From positions 62,001-126,000 of the forward strand of contig BCKZ01000025.1 of NCBI GenBank assembly GCA_001600815.1: a stretch of DNA of 64,000 bases, written 5' to 3'. Positions 46,125-58,220 of the stretch are shown in pieces. The translations under genes and the position numbers were made by a program. Source of the stretch: Alloascoidea hylecoeti (lineage: Eukaryota). How positions within the stretch are numbered: the first letter of the stretch is position 1; every line of letters begins with the position of its first letter. The notes under the pieces were generated by a model. It was given only the letters and a program-made list of their open reading frames with translations. It was not told the DNA's origin and did no database searches.

Positions 46125-47445
46125 ATGCTATTAAACATCGCAACATCACAGAATTCCAGTCAGACTTTAATCGATGAGTCTCAGGGTACTCAGGACCAAA
46201 ACCCATCAATTAGTGGATATAAGAAAGCACCCCGAAAACACAATGATCTATCAATTTCTATGAATGATAACAAATTTTCCCCATTTCACATCGAAGTCGA
46301 TTATGGTACAGTCGTAGAAAGGAATATAGGACGAGTCACACTTGGTGCCTTCGAATTTGATACATGGTATGGGAATACAGCATACTTCAACGTCATGACA
46401 AGAGCCTTGGGAATAGCCAAAAAAAAAAACTCCCCTTCTGCTAAAAGTAAAACCCCACTTCCTGTGACGACGGTACCAGGGGAAATTCTTGCAACACCAA
46501 GTCTTGTTGGAAATGAAGATGTCTGGATTGATAATCTCTATTTGTGTGATTATTGCTTCAAGTACTCTACTAATGCCTCGGAAGTAGCACGTCATAGAGT
46601 AGGTTATTTTTATTCTTTTGAGTAAATGATGCGCATCCCTAGTATTTCTAACACAAAGTTCTATTAGCAAATGTGCAATTACAGAAAGATTCTACCTGGA
46701 AAGGAGGTATTCAACGATGGTGAATATTCAATACGGCGTATTAGCGGACAGAAAGAAAAGGTAAGCGTCTCTAAATTTGAATGCTACTATATTTTACGTA
46801 TGTCTAACATCCTTTTATTTATAGTTATTTTGCCAATGTCTTTGTTTATTTGGTGGATTATTTTTAGAAAGTAAAACTATTTATTTTGATGTTGAGGAGT
46901 TTGATTTTTATGTCGTTTATGGAGCTTCTACAATAAAAAAAGACACGCCAATCCCAATGGGTTTTTTTTCAAAGGAGTTATTATCAATGGAGAATTATAA
47001 CTTGGCTTGTATATGTGTATTTCCACCATTTCAAAGGCGACAACTTGGATTTTTACTTATATCCTTTTCATACTACCTCTCACATTGCCTTGAAGGGATT
47101 ATAAGTGGTCCCGAGAAACCACTGACTGTATTTGGTAGAGCCAGTTATCTTAAATTTTGGTCCATAACAATCGCTAGAGAAATTCTTGAAGGTAGTCTAG
47201 TAAATTACACTTCACTGACAATTGAAGATATTAGTAACGCAACAGGGATATCACCAGAAGATGTTTTACAAACGCTATTGCGGATAAAGTCAATAGATAC
47301 CGAACATCAAAAAGCTCCAAGATCGTTAAAAGAGGTTGTTATTCTTAAAGGAAGTTTGAAAAAGTGGAAAACGGACAATAATATAGACTTCTCACGAAAG
47401 TTAAACGAAGAATACTGTCTACTTAAAATGGAGAGCATTAAATAA
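46125..47445 (+). CDS. SAS2: MYST histone acetyltransferase Sas2; exons 46125-46598, 46668-46760, 46825-47445
   Basis: RNIGRVTLGAFEFDTWYG, LYLCDYCFKY, LFCQCLCLFGGLFLESKTIYFDV, GFFSKE..YNLACICVFPPFQR, SGPEKPL; no chromodomain. Confidence 0.88.
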
Positions 47446-47821
47446 TAATGATTAAGCAGAAGTTATCAGATAGTATTCTCAAGTTTTTATCATTTTCGTT
47501 ATGTATATGATCTTTTCTCCTTGCAATCGTAAAATATAAAAATACACCGATCAGTGATCACAGTTGTTATATAAGTTCAACTTGTGAGGAGATTCTGAAA
47601 TTTGCAATTGAATTGTGAGCATGAATCACAAAAATTACAAGAAGTGACTAAATATAGGAGCAAAAGATATCAATTTCAATATAGGCGGTGGTGAATACTG
47701 TACTAGTGTAATAACGACCTCATAATTTAATTTAAAAGATTTTCCTTAACGAGATACCTTTAAATGTTCTATTGTTTACTTTGAGCTGAGTTACCGTATG
47801 GAATTTCTTCTCTTTGACGAT

Positions 47822-47865
47822 CATGAATCATCATGATACATGAATCATCATGATACATGAATCAT
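47822..47865. repeat. 17-bp tandem repeat CATGAATCATCATGATA x2.5
   Basis: Direct observation in intergenic DNA. Confidence 0.8.
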
Positions 47866-48528
47866 TAATTAATTATAGAATTCATAGACTTATAGTGATC
47901 ATTAATACTGTAAATTCAAGTTTCCGTATTGCACGTGTAGAAATAAAATCTAATATTGGTAATAGGGTGGTTAATTATAATAGATGTAAAATCATGTAAT
48001 GCAATAGCAGATGGCATGGGCACGAACCCATGTTCGGCAACGTGTGCGTAGTATAATTATATCAGGCTGTATTAGTTGATAGAAAACAGACATCTGTGTC
48101 TATTGCTGCTCTCAATAAAGAAAAAAATTACACTAGTATATATACTATAGCTATATAGACTGATGGTCGTGTTCTGTGTTTACTCAGTCTCTCACAATAC
48201 TCAAATTCTGGAATCTGCAACATTGTACGTATAAACAGTTAAAGTAATATTCAGAGAGATTTTAATCTAGAGCTATAGTTAAAACTATAGTACATACCGA
48301 TTTGTTGTCCTTTTGGAAGTAAATTTTGTAATTATTATCCAAGTCAATATTAGAACTGCAATATTAAAGTCTTGTTGCCCTGTGAGTCTATCGCATAACC
48401 AGGCTACTGGTATTTCTATTAATATTTATCTTGAATTATGTTTTCCTTCTTCCTGTTTTCTCTCTTTAAAAAGAATATCATATAATTACAAGTGTTTGAA
48501 GGTATAGTTACGTTGTTGAAACTTCAGG

Positions 48529-50142
48529 ATGTCGTTTGCAAGAACGCCTGCAGTTATATCAAATGTCTCCATGACTCAGCAAAAAGTGCTTGATGCTACC
48601 GGAGACGAGTCATGGGGTCCATCCGCAGATGAGCTTCAAGAAATAGCCAAGCTCACATATAATTTAGAAGATCGTCTTGAGATAATAAGTATAATAGATT
48701 TTAGGTTAAAAGGTGAAAATACTCATTGGAAACGGGTTGTCAAGAGTTTAACTGTCTTGGACTTTTTACTTCATGTTGGAGATGATGCTGTTGTTGACTG
48801 GGCCAAAGAATACATCGATCATATCAAAAAGTTAAGGGAGTTTATTTATTTTGATGTTTCTGAAAGAGATCAAGGTTTGGTTGTGAGAACTAAAGCGCGG
48901 GAAATCGTTGCCCTATTATCTGACGATGAGCTTTTAAAATTGGAAAGAAAAGATGCTAACCAACCTCAATATGCTTCCACACAGACAATAAAAACCACTC
49001 AGTTACAAAATACTATTATTCATAAAACTACCAAAACAGAGATATCTAATACTAGCTATACATATATTTCAACACAGACTAGATACACGTTGCCTGTGAC
49101 CGGAGCTGGCCCAGTCGAAACAATTCAATCATACAGAAGATTTGAGCCAGAAGGTGGAATAAATGTCGAAAGGTCCGTTCCGCTTGTTTCTCAGGTTTCA
49201 GACTCTGTGAGCAAAGAGCCTGAAAATGTTGTTGCTGAAAGAGCATTAGGAGCTCCATCCGCACCTCCTCCAAGTTTCCCACCTCCTGGAAGATCATTCT
49301 CAGTTGTAGATGCGAAAGATGTCAAAAATACCTTGTCGTTGAGATCTATGTCTGTAGTCGAACCAACGAAAGAGAAATTACAAGAAGAAAATGAAATAGA
49401 TGAACAAATGAAGAAAGCTATCGAAGAAAGTAAGAAAACTGCAGAAGAGGACAAACTTAGACGTGAAAATCTGAAAAAGCCTGATAATGACGAGGATTTA
49501 AGAATGGCTTTACTTCTTAGTCAGGAGGAAGAAGAAATGCGGAAACAGAGAGATCTTGAAGAACAGGAAGCTTATGAAAAATCACTAGAAAAAACAAATA
49601 AAACTCTATCAAGATCAAACTCCTCAACAAAGTCTATCCATGCTTACCCACAATCACCAAGTGCAAGACCCCTTGAAACAGGTTATCTCGCGAGTTTATA
49701 TGACGTTTCTGCAGCACCACAATCAGCTCCCCCACCTCCTGAGAGTTCAAACAATAATGAACCTTTAGCTGAAGTTCCACGGAAGCCTCGCAAAGAAAAA
49801 CCAAAAATAAGAATGAGAAATCCATTCGCAAGATCAAAAACTGAACACAATATTAATAAAGAAGTCACACCATTATTTAAAAGAACAGAAACAGTTGATA
49901 CCTTTGGTAATATGGGTTCTACAAGGGTTGCGTTTCAACGTGCTGCTGGTGGGTTTATAAATTCTTCAGGGAGAGGTATTCCATCACAAGGTGTTCACCC
50001 AAAACCAGAAGTTGGCTTTGGACATGATGATGAACCAAATACAGCTACAGGTTCTAGTGAAGGAAATGTCCATGAGCCACCTCCATACGCATCTATACCA
50101 CCACCTGAATATACACCTATTCCCCCATCTATTAACTCATAA
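48529..50142 (+). CDS. Atypical epsin (ENTH + 2 UIM + NPF + C-terminal PPxY)
   Basis: KVLDATGDESWGPS..HWKRVVKSLTVLDFLLHVG..DQGLVVRTKAREI; UIMs DEQMKKAIEESKK and DEDLRMALLLSQEE; DTFGN. Confidence 0.85.
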   Translation: MSFARTPAVISNVSMTQQKVLDATGDESWGPSADELQEIAKLTYNLEDRLEIISIIDFRLKGENTHWKRVVKSLTVLDFLLHVGDDAVVDWAKEYIDHIKKLREFIYFDVSERDQGLVVRTKAREIVALLSDDELLKLERKDANQPQYASTQTIKTTQLQNTIIHKTTKTEISNTSYTYISTQTRYTLPVTGAGPVETIQSYRRFEPEGGINVERSVPLVSQVSDSVSKEPENVVAERALGAPSAPPPSFPPPGRSFSVVDAKDVKNTLSLRSMSVVEPTKEKLQEENEIDEQMKKAIEESKKTAEEDKLRRENLKKPDNDEDLRMALLLSQEEEEMRKQRDLEEQEAYEKSLEKTNKTLSRSNSSTKSIHAYPQSPSARPLETGYLASLYDVSAAPQSAPPPPESSNNNEPLAEVPRKPRKEKPKIRMRNPFARSKTEHNINKEVTPLFKRTETVDTFGNMGSTRVAFQRAAGGFINSSGRGIPSQGVHPKPEVGFGHDDEPNTATGSSEGNVHEPPPYASIPPPEYTPIPPSINS

Positions 50143-50608
50143 TATAATTATAAGTATAGTTTCATTATAAAATTTAGATAATTCCAGTTCATTTTAATGG
50201 CAAATTGGTTCCACAGTCTTTGTGATAGAAAAATTAGAACACTAACTAGAATTTAAATTTCAAGCTTAAAAGTATGTCCGAATTTACGTAGTTATAGCTA
50301 ACAAAAAAGATTAATCATTTTTCTATATGTAACTACACCAAAAATGTATGGTCCGTATCTGTCATGAAGCCCACTTTCTTTGGATTTCGTGTCTTCAAAG
50401 ATCATCTACTATAATTAATTATATATTGTAGTTATTTTTGCCTATATGTAGATTTTAACATAAATGTAGTTCAGAAAGATAGTGGAGGTCCAAGAGAGGA
50501 CTATCAATCAGAACATACTGAAGGCTAGCTTATGGTAGGTTTTCATTTTCAAGAATAGAAAACAAATATTCTTTTTTTCATATACAAAATTAATATACTG
50601 GTATACTA

Positions 50609-52048
50609 TTAATCATGATGTGGGTAATCTTGGAGTTCGATATCTTCATTATGAACAGGTAGTCTTGCGTATCTACCCTTTGAATGCTTATTTTTGTCTT
50701 TGTTTTTCAATGATTTAAAAGTTGCAACAATATCAATTTGCCTTCTATTCCTATGCACAAGACAGTACATTATAACAATCATTGCGAGTACTAAAGTTGG
50801 TAATGTAAGAGCGATAATATATGCTGAATCGTTTGGACCAACATCAACAGAGTCAATTTTCTTATTTTTTATGACAACATTTGATCTCTTGAATATGATT
50901 TGAATACCTTGACCAAAAAAATCAACTTCATCATCTGCCTGACTTTTTGGTTGAATAGCCAGTATGACGGATTGTTCAAAATTTCCAAGTAACCATTCAG
51001 ATTGAACTTCAAGAGGATAATATCCTTGGATATTGTCAAGCCATTCCGACTCCCAGAAAACTGCATTTGGAAACCCGGAATCAGTGTCTTTAGTTCCAGA
51101 AGCATCAGAATCAGTTGAATTATCTAATTCTTCAACCTCACCTTCCTTAAGCTCATCTGAAACGTCGTCGTCTTCTTCGTCGTCAACAACTGCTCTCTTG
51201 TCAAGACTTCTGTGTTTCTTGGTGTATGCAAGGACAAGTCTAACTTGATCTTCATTTTCAAAAAAGCGCGTAAACCAAGTGATAAAATAAGGCTTACCCA
51301 TATGAAAATTTGACCACTCTGATGGCGTACAAAAAGGTTCACTTTTAACCTTGTCTTTAGAAAACTTACCTTTTTCAGTGTATCGATCAGGAGTACACCT
51401 AATCAAAGGATTCAACTGAACGTAAGTATCATCCTCATCCAGATATTCAACTTTTGTAAATTTATCTCCTGCCTTCATATTATGTGCTTTTAGTTGTTCC
51501 TGATCATAGACAATAGTCGTCGCAGTTTTGAAATAGGTAGAATAACTTGGACTTGCGTTCTTTGTTTGACCATTCTTAATGTGAGGTTTTATTGTCTTTG
51601 GTCGGCCTTGCTTATTCATTGAGATCCAAGGAGCTAATGGGTCGGTATTTGGCTCAGCTGAGAAGGTAATGCCATCAATGACTGTGGGAGACACTACTTC
51701 AACTTTAGTACCATAGATAGTCCGTATCCAAGCCTGGGGAATTTCTTCTGGCTTTGGCTGCTTCTTTTTTGGTACAATGACTCCTTTTTCTCTTTTAACG
51801 AGATGGGATTCATCTTCAGAGCCTTCTTCAAGGACTTCTTCGAGGTCTTTTTCTTCATAGTATAGATGTGGGGCTTCAGTTGGAATAACTAAGTTTTTGA
51901 CAGAAGTGCTGTCAGACACAGTTGTTGAAGGTGCTAACGTTTTCGCTGGCCAATTAAGCCCGGAAGAACGGGAAGGTTGCGGAATAGCAGCAGAAAATGA
52001 TAATCCTACCAATGACACAAGCAATAAAGTGTATCTATTCCAAATCAT
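50609..52048 (-). CDS. PSG1: Psg1/YKL077W-like type I membrane protein
   Basis: Signal peptide, KR sites, WIRTIYGTKVEVVSPTVIDGITFSA, LNPLIRCTPDRY, PFCTP, YFITWFTRFF, C-terminal TM helix. Confidence 0.85.
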   Translation of the reverse strand: MIWNRYTLLLVSLVGLSFSAAIPQPSRSSGLNWPAKTLAPSTTVSDSTSVKNLVIPTEAPHLYYEEKDLEEVLEEGSEDESHLVKREKGVIVPKKKQPKPEEIPQAWIRTIYGTKVEVVSPTVIDGITFSAEPNTDPLAPWISMNKQGRPKTIKPHIKNGQTKNASPSYSTYFKTATTIVYDQEQLKAHNMKAGDKFTKVEYLDEDDTYVQLNPLIRCTPDRYTEKGKFSKDKVKSEPFCTPSEWSNFHMGKPYFITWFTRFFENEDQVRLVLAYTKKHRSLDKRAVVDDEEDDDVSDELKEGEVEELDNSTDSDASGTKDTDSGFPNAVFWESEWLDNIQGYYPLEVQSEWLLGNFEQSVILAIQPKSQADDEVDFFGQGIQIIFKRSNVVIKNKKIDSVDVGPNDSAYIIALTLPTLVLAMIVIMYCLVHRNRRQIDIVATFKSLKNKDKNKHSKGRYARLPVHNEDIELQDYPHHD

Positions 52049-52225
52049 AGTTCCTGACTAAATTCCAATATGATTATATTTGATTGGGTAAATAAATGTA
52101 AACTTAAGGGAGCTTGTAGGTAAGATGTTGAAATTTTTTATTGTTTGTGCACATAAGAATCTTCCACCCACAATATTAATTGTAAACTCGTTTGAAATTA
52201 TTTAAACTATAAGTTGTATCATTAA

Positions 52226-52600
52226 ATGGACAAAGAGGCTTTGCGAGTGAAGCATAATCTGACTTACCACCATTTATGGTCAAATTTATCCATGGTTGAT
52301 CTCGAAGATCAAATCACAGTAATATTAGGTACTCCTCCCGTCAAGACTTCACCAAGTGATTCATCTACACAATCATCTCCAGAATGGGTTCTACCTATAC
52401 ATGCTAATGGAGTCTGGAGTGTGAGTAAAACAGATAATGTATTTCGCAAAATAACAAAATATTTAAAAGAATCGGGGCAAAGTATGAAGACTTTAAAAGA
52501 ACTACGACCCCAGAAAATTATAATGGCTATGATCAATGATGATGGGACAATTGTCTATTACATTGTAAAAGATGGAGTTGCTAAACCCAGAAAGAACTAA
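52226..52600 (+). CDS. SEN15: tRNA-splicing endonuclease subunit Sen15
   Basis: VKHNLTYHHLW, EWVLPI..WS, IIMAMINDDGTIVYYIVKDGVAKPRKN. Confidence 0.88.
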   Translation: MDKEALRVKHNLTYHHLWSNLSMVDLEDQITVILGTPPVKTSPSDSSTQSSPEWVLPIHANGVWSVSKTDNVFRKITKYLKESGQSMKTLKELRPQKIIMAMINDDGTIVYYIVKDGVAKPRKN

Positions 52601-53072
52601 CAATATAAAAATAAATGGTGGTCCAGTGTTCCTGATTCCTGGGGTATATTTAAAATGAAACTTCACTTATTTTATTTATAAGAGAGTTGTTTAAGTGCTT
52701 TGTATTTAATTGTATAAAATCAGAAAAATCATCTTAAATCTATAAATAATAATGAACTATATATTTATCATGATCTATTAACATTGTATGTTATATAAAA
52801 GCAGCAAAAATAGGATAATACCAACAACTTAATAAGTAAAAAACTAACAACATCTCAAATTTATGTGTCATGAAAATGATGTAAGATTATAATTAGGTCA
52901 ATCGATTGCAAGATTGAAATTTAAAAGATTTAACATTGTGAACTGAACTGGAATCATCAAGACCACAAACACACCCAAAAAATAAAAAAGTAACGTTAAA
53001 CAAAATATGGAAAAGCTTTATAAAAAAAAAAACATCAAAATCATTATTCGTCATCATTACCTTTGAAAATGT

Positions 53073-54278
53073 TCACATTTCTTCAACATCACCTTCAATG
53101 AGAGCGTTTAATCCCCAGTGAACTCTATTAACTAAAGCGTTCCATAGGTTTGGTATATCTTTCTGATTGATATCCCCAATAGGTACAGAATCAATACTAC
53201 ATTTTCTTTCGGTTTTATTATAGTATTCAATCATCGAGGTGAAGTTTCGGTGAAGTAGATTTGAGATAAAATGATCCGGTAGTTGTGCGAGTTGAGCAGT
53301 GAGATGAGCATTGAGTAAAACATCGGCTGATGACATTTGCGAACCAAACATAAACTGTGTCTCATTACCATTTTTAGTTTGTTGTAATTGAATAGTTAGA
53401 AACCCTTGAATGACTCTATAGTAAAGACTTGCCAAGGTAAGACATTTCCGTTTTGAATCTTGATCATAAGAATGTTTCACAGGTTTTAATTGGGTTCCAT
53501 TATTTTCAAGTCCTAAGTTGATTGATGATTTGATTGTTAAACTGTGATCCAAGCCTATACTATCTGATGCCAGAGTTGGTTGTGATGACTTCAAGTTTAA
53601 ATTTGGGTAAGATCTATCATTTGGTATTCTGGCATGATCAACTTTGTTATTTATGGTTATGTCATCCCATTTTTCAATGGCTAAATCAACCCGCGCACAA
53701 TGCTCTTTTGCAAGTGCTCTGAAAAAACTTGGAGAATTGTATTGTAGAGGGAAAGGTAAGGTTTTAATGAAATATTGTTTCAAATAGCTATAATTATGCC
53801 AATTTAAAAAGAGTTCGTATAGGGTAATGGAACCAATTTTATCATTAATGAATCTTATTAGTCTAATCAAAAGAAAAGTTAGTAACTTTAAAAAAAGAAA
53901 ATATAGCCGTTAAATCTCAAGTTCTTTCCGAACCTCGGTGTTTTTTTGAAGGAAGAATAATCAAAGATAAATCGCATGATCATGATGCGTTTTTTTCACT
54001 TACGCTGCATTTTGCCTTTTCTGGTCATCATTCATCCAGGAATCAAGATCACACCCTTTTTTCTTAAAATATTGAATAATGTTGTAAAATCCATCTATAG
54101 TGAAGTCTCCATCTCTTAATGCTGGTAATCTACCACTCTTTGATATATCTGTGTTGGAACTTGGAATGATGATATATTCGTAAGGTCTGCAAACTAAAGA
54201 GAGATACTTGACAGCAGCCAAGCATTCTACATCAAACATGGAAACGTTATTGGGAGAGCCCCAGACATGTAGCTCCAT
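53073..54278 (-). CDS. SAM37: SAM complex subunit Sam37 (metaxin family); exons 54278-54004, 53862-53073
   Basis: MELHVWG..SMFDVECLA, SSNTDISKSGRLPAL; intron GTAAGT..TACTAAC..TAG; LPFPLQY, FMFGSQMSSADVLL. Confidence 0.9.
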
Positions 54279-54986
54279 AGTTGGATATGATTAATTTTGT
54301 AAGGTTTGAAAATATATTTGAAGAGTAAAGAAGACAAAGAGCTCTATATATATTCATGAGCTCAAGTTGAAAAAATGTGCCCACATATACTTGGTTATAT
54401 AGATAAACTTAAAATATTTACAATCATATGCATTGAAATTAATTAAGAGTCGTGATTCATATTAAAATATTTTTAGATCGCATTTTCATGCAATGGTCTC
54501 AAATCTTACCATCTAACAATATTGAACCACTAAAACTCTATAATTTGTTATCTGCTGACTATTATAATTGTCACATATTATAAAATGTCAGTTAAGAACG
54601 ATGAGGTTTGAAAATACGGATTAGAACCCTTAACGCCCTATATCTCAATCTTTTAATGTAACTTTAAGGAAGACTATAGCTAGGTGATCGATGATCATAT
54701 ATAAACATCTCACTAATATATCCAAACTATGAACTGTGAACTTATAAACGAGTCATGATCAGTGTGACTTATACTTCTAGATCTAAATAGTTTCCGCGGC
54801 GGATGCAATTGTCCAGGGCACAAAATTGAGCAGGTTATATTAGCGCAGAAGGAATATGAGATTTTTTCACATGCTTTAAGTGTAAAAATCTAGGCATACC
54901 ACTACCGTGTATACGCCACTCTCGGGCACTGGACAGGACGTGATCAATTCACCCGTACGGTACTTTCGCAGTGGCCGAGTTCTCTG

Positions 54987-55126
54987 AATTGTACCGGTAC
55001 CATTTGATTAATACGCTAGTGTTGTGGATACCCGCCATAAAGATATTGGCTCGGGCACTCCGAAAGTGCAGCACGGGCAAATCAGTCTCTGCCCGGATTT
55101 TGTCCGATTACAGTACCGGTACAATT
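54987..55126. repeat. 140-bp segment bounded by a 14-bp inverted repeat AATTGTACCGGTAC, with internal hairpins
   Basis: 54987-55000 is the exact reverse complement of 55113-55126; internal stems GCACT-ccgaa-AGTGC and CGGGCA..TGCCCG. Confidence 0.6.
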
Positions 55127-56689
55127 AAACCGGTTAAACGTTATAATTAAGATTTGAATTATTCCATCATCACAAGCACGTGTACCAATCTAGAACTTAC
55201 ATACAATCAGCTTATGCAACGAATTATAGTCTCCATATTAACTATATAGGCCTATATATATGCTACGATTGCCATTGAGAATTTACATTGAAAATATTTT
55301 GATTCTAACCAATAAGCTTATATACTCATTATCATATAGAAAGTTGTTTATAATTAATTAACTACCATATGAGAACTTATAGCTAGCTAACTCGAATGTG
55401 GCCATGCATATGGGTTTGTCCCGCGTATAACTATTAGTTTGTTGCAATTGTGACAGTAATTACAGTTCCAGAACTTGAAATATATAATATTATATATTTA
55501 ATATAATAAAGTTGAAAATATTTTGTTACCTATAACTCAATTGTAGTAATGTATAATCAAACAATTGCAAGAAAATTAAAACAGCCCAGTAACATCATAT
55601 GCAACATCCTCACGGTTATTATTATTCATTTTCGTATAATACTTTGAACGTAATGATATCGATATCATATGTATCCAGACTTCCTTTAAAATTTCTCTGT
55701 ATCCAAGCCTTTACATAGAGATCCTAAGCACGCGATACCAGCCATATAATAATAATCCATGGCCATCCATCAATTCCAAATTTAAATTTATTGAATCGGA
55801 TACATAAAATTGTATTTGTTGCCAAATATTGTCATACATACGTATATGTTGATATGTATATGTGTGGGCCCTCATATTATAATTACACTATTATTCTAGC
55901 ATGTGAAAACTTGCAAATAATTACTTACAGTTGAACTTATGGCTGTATTCTATATTAATTACCTTAAATTCAACTTGATAACGGTGTTCTAGAGCATAAT
56001 CCGTATCAAGGCATGATACATATGTCTTATACTTTTCACAGTTTCGAGTTAAGCTAATATAGATCTAGAGTTGATCAAGTTTTTAATTATAATGGCTCCA
56101 GAATAAATCTATAAGCTTCCGCTGATAATGACAAATAAATATTGTGAATGTAGAACTCAAAATATGATATTTTCTTCCAAAAAGGGAGATAAACTCAATT
56201 GCAATTGAAATTTGAATTGGAGGGTTAATTCAATTTCAAACTTAAGGTGACTAAATTGTTTGGTACGAGAGTCCCAATACTATACTCAATAACATAAGTT
56301 TCTGTTCGGATATAAACCCCGTTAGTTGAAGGTCTCATTAATTATAATATGGTCCAAAGATTTATATAGATCTATAAGCCATAATATAACTAAACTCTTT
56401 TTTAATCATGACACGTATTAACTCATGATATTATTATAGGCATTTAAATATCTATATGGTAATGATAATATTCATTGTTCAAAGTAAAACCCCTATTTCG
56501 ATTTAGATTTTCATTTTATCCATTTTAGAAATAGTCTGATTCTAATAATTTATATATTATAGGTCTCATGTAGTCAAATATCACAAGCTTATAAGTGTAT
56601 AATCTGACAATTGCAATTGAGTTTCTAAAAAATCAAGTGACAGTAAATGTAACGACTATTTGATTCATAATCAAATATTAATTACCAAT

Positions 56690-57552
56690 AAAAATTTCGG
56701 CACATATTAGTACAATATCCGAAACTATCATACGGATATATGTATCCAGCTGCGGTAACAACCTCGATCATATATAAGGGGTACCATAAGAAACACAAAA
56801 TCTAAAGCATTTTTTAAAACTTATAAAATGTACTCATATTTAGTGAGTTACAAGAGAGTATGATGGTTATTGCTTTTATCGATTTTAGAAGTTTTTGGTG
56901 TCGCTTAACAATGGAAAATATCGTAAAAATGGAGGCATGTTCTTTGTATAATTCACCATTTTCAGAATTTCATTAATGTCAAAAATAGATACACTCTTGG
57001 TGAGCCACTTCACACCTGAATTAACTTTAATAGATGGACCATTCAAGTTTTCCAGTGGATTGAGTGGTTTGTGTGATTCTGGCACATATCATCTCTAAAG
57101 TAGCACCAATAAGACGCAAGGATATGCAGCAGATAAGCAACCCTCTCATCAATCGATCATGATCAGAGATTGGATACTCTTCCACTAAATCGGTCAATCA
57201 CTTAATATATGTGTCACAGTATTTCAAGCACTCAATTTACTGGAAAACTTGAATGAGCCATCTATTAGAGTTAATTCAGGTGTGAAGTGGCTCACCAAGA
57301 GTGTAATACGAATATGCATATGCCTTCATCTGCAAAACGACACCAAAGACAATAATAAAAGTAAATACTAAATTCTCCTGTTTCTCACCAAAGATTGGTA
57401 CATGTTATATAGGCAATAAATGATTTTTATAAATTTTAAGAAATGCGTTAGTTTTTTTTTGTGTTTCTTATGTGTGATAGCACGATGTAGTAGTATTATG
57501 GCGGCATATGCATATGAGAGTTTCGGGTATTGTTCTAATATTCGAAATTTTA
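56690..57552. repeat. ~860-bp imperfect foldback (two inverted copies of a dispersed repeat)
   Basis: 37-bp perfect core 56990-57026 vs 57269-57305; further nested matching blocks 56785-56830 vs 57421-57472 and 56690-56745 vs 57505-57552. Confidence 0.9.
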
Positions 57553-57851
57553 AAAATGCCTAAATTCATGTCGAAAGGGAGCATAGGAAACCGAAAACTT
57601 CTCAGAAATTGAAAAGGACTAAAAATTTAGAAGACACTATTCACGCTCCGCTATTTCCTATGAAGAAAACTACGCATCTCAAAATATTACGGAGTGAGCG
57701 AAAGTATACTGCAGGGCCAAATTAAGAGCGTTATACCTACATACATCAATCGGTTGAAACAAAAGTTGAATGTTCTGGATGGGGCTGACATTTCAAACAA
57801 TATTCAGTAAATGACAGAGTTTTGTTGTACCCCAGATAGACCCCGCCTTTA

Positions 57852-58220
57852 TATCCAATTTCTGACGAGAGGGGTGGTTATCTACTACATATGGTTGAGT
57901 CTTATCGGCGCTACTTTATAATATATGTTCCGAATCCACACAAAGCACAATCCACTGGAAAACTTGAATGGGGTATATTCTAAAACTAATGCAGGTGTAA
58001 GGGGATTGATAAGATGGTACTAAATATTTTTAACATTGATGAAACTGAGGAAATGGTAAATATGTATATACACCTGTTGAACGACTCCAAATGCTTGCAC
58101 AATCTTTAAAAAAGACTACCAAGTTATTTTGTGTCTTTCCTAAGATAGATATCTCTTTTTCGGGCAATAAATGACTTTGTTAAATTTTAATTTTTTTTGA
58201 TTCTTGTGTTTCTACGGTGC
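57852..58220 (+). repeat. Third, more diverged copy of the foldback repeat unit
   Basis: caatccactggaaaacttgaatg and flanking blocks match the reverse complement of 56785-57176. Confidence 0.85.

Noticed and set aside
48016..48033. tRNA T-arm-like hairpin (CATGGGTTCGTGCCCATG on the minus strand)
   Set aside because: Loop lacks the conserved A58, and no D-arm, anticodon arm or acceptor stem can be built.
54810..55075. SRP RNA helix-8-like strings (CAGG...AGCAG)
   Set aside because: No proper GNRA-capped stem and no fungal SRP 5' GGCTGTAATGGC-like start.
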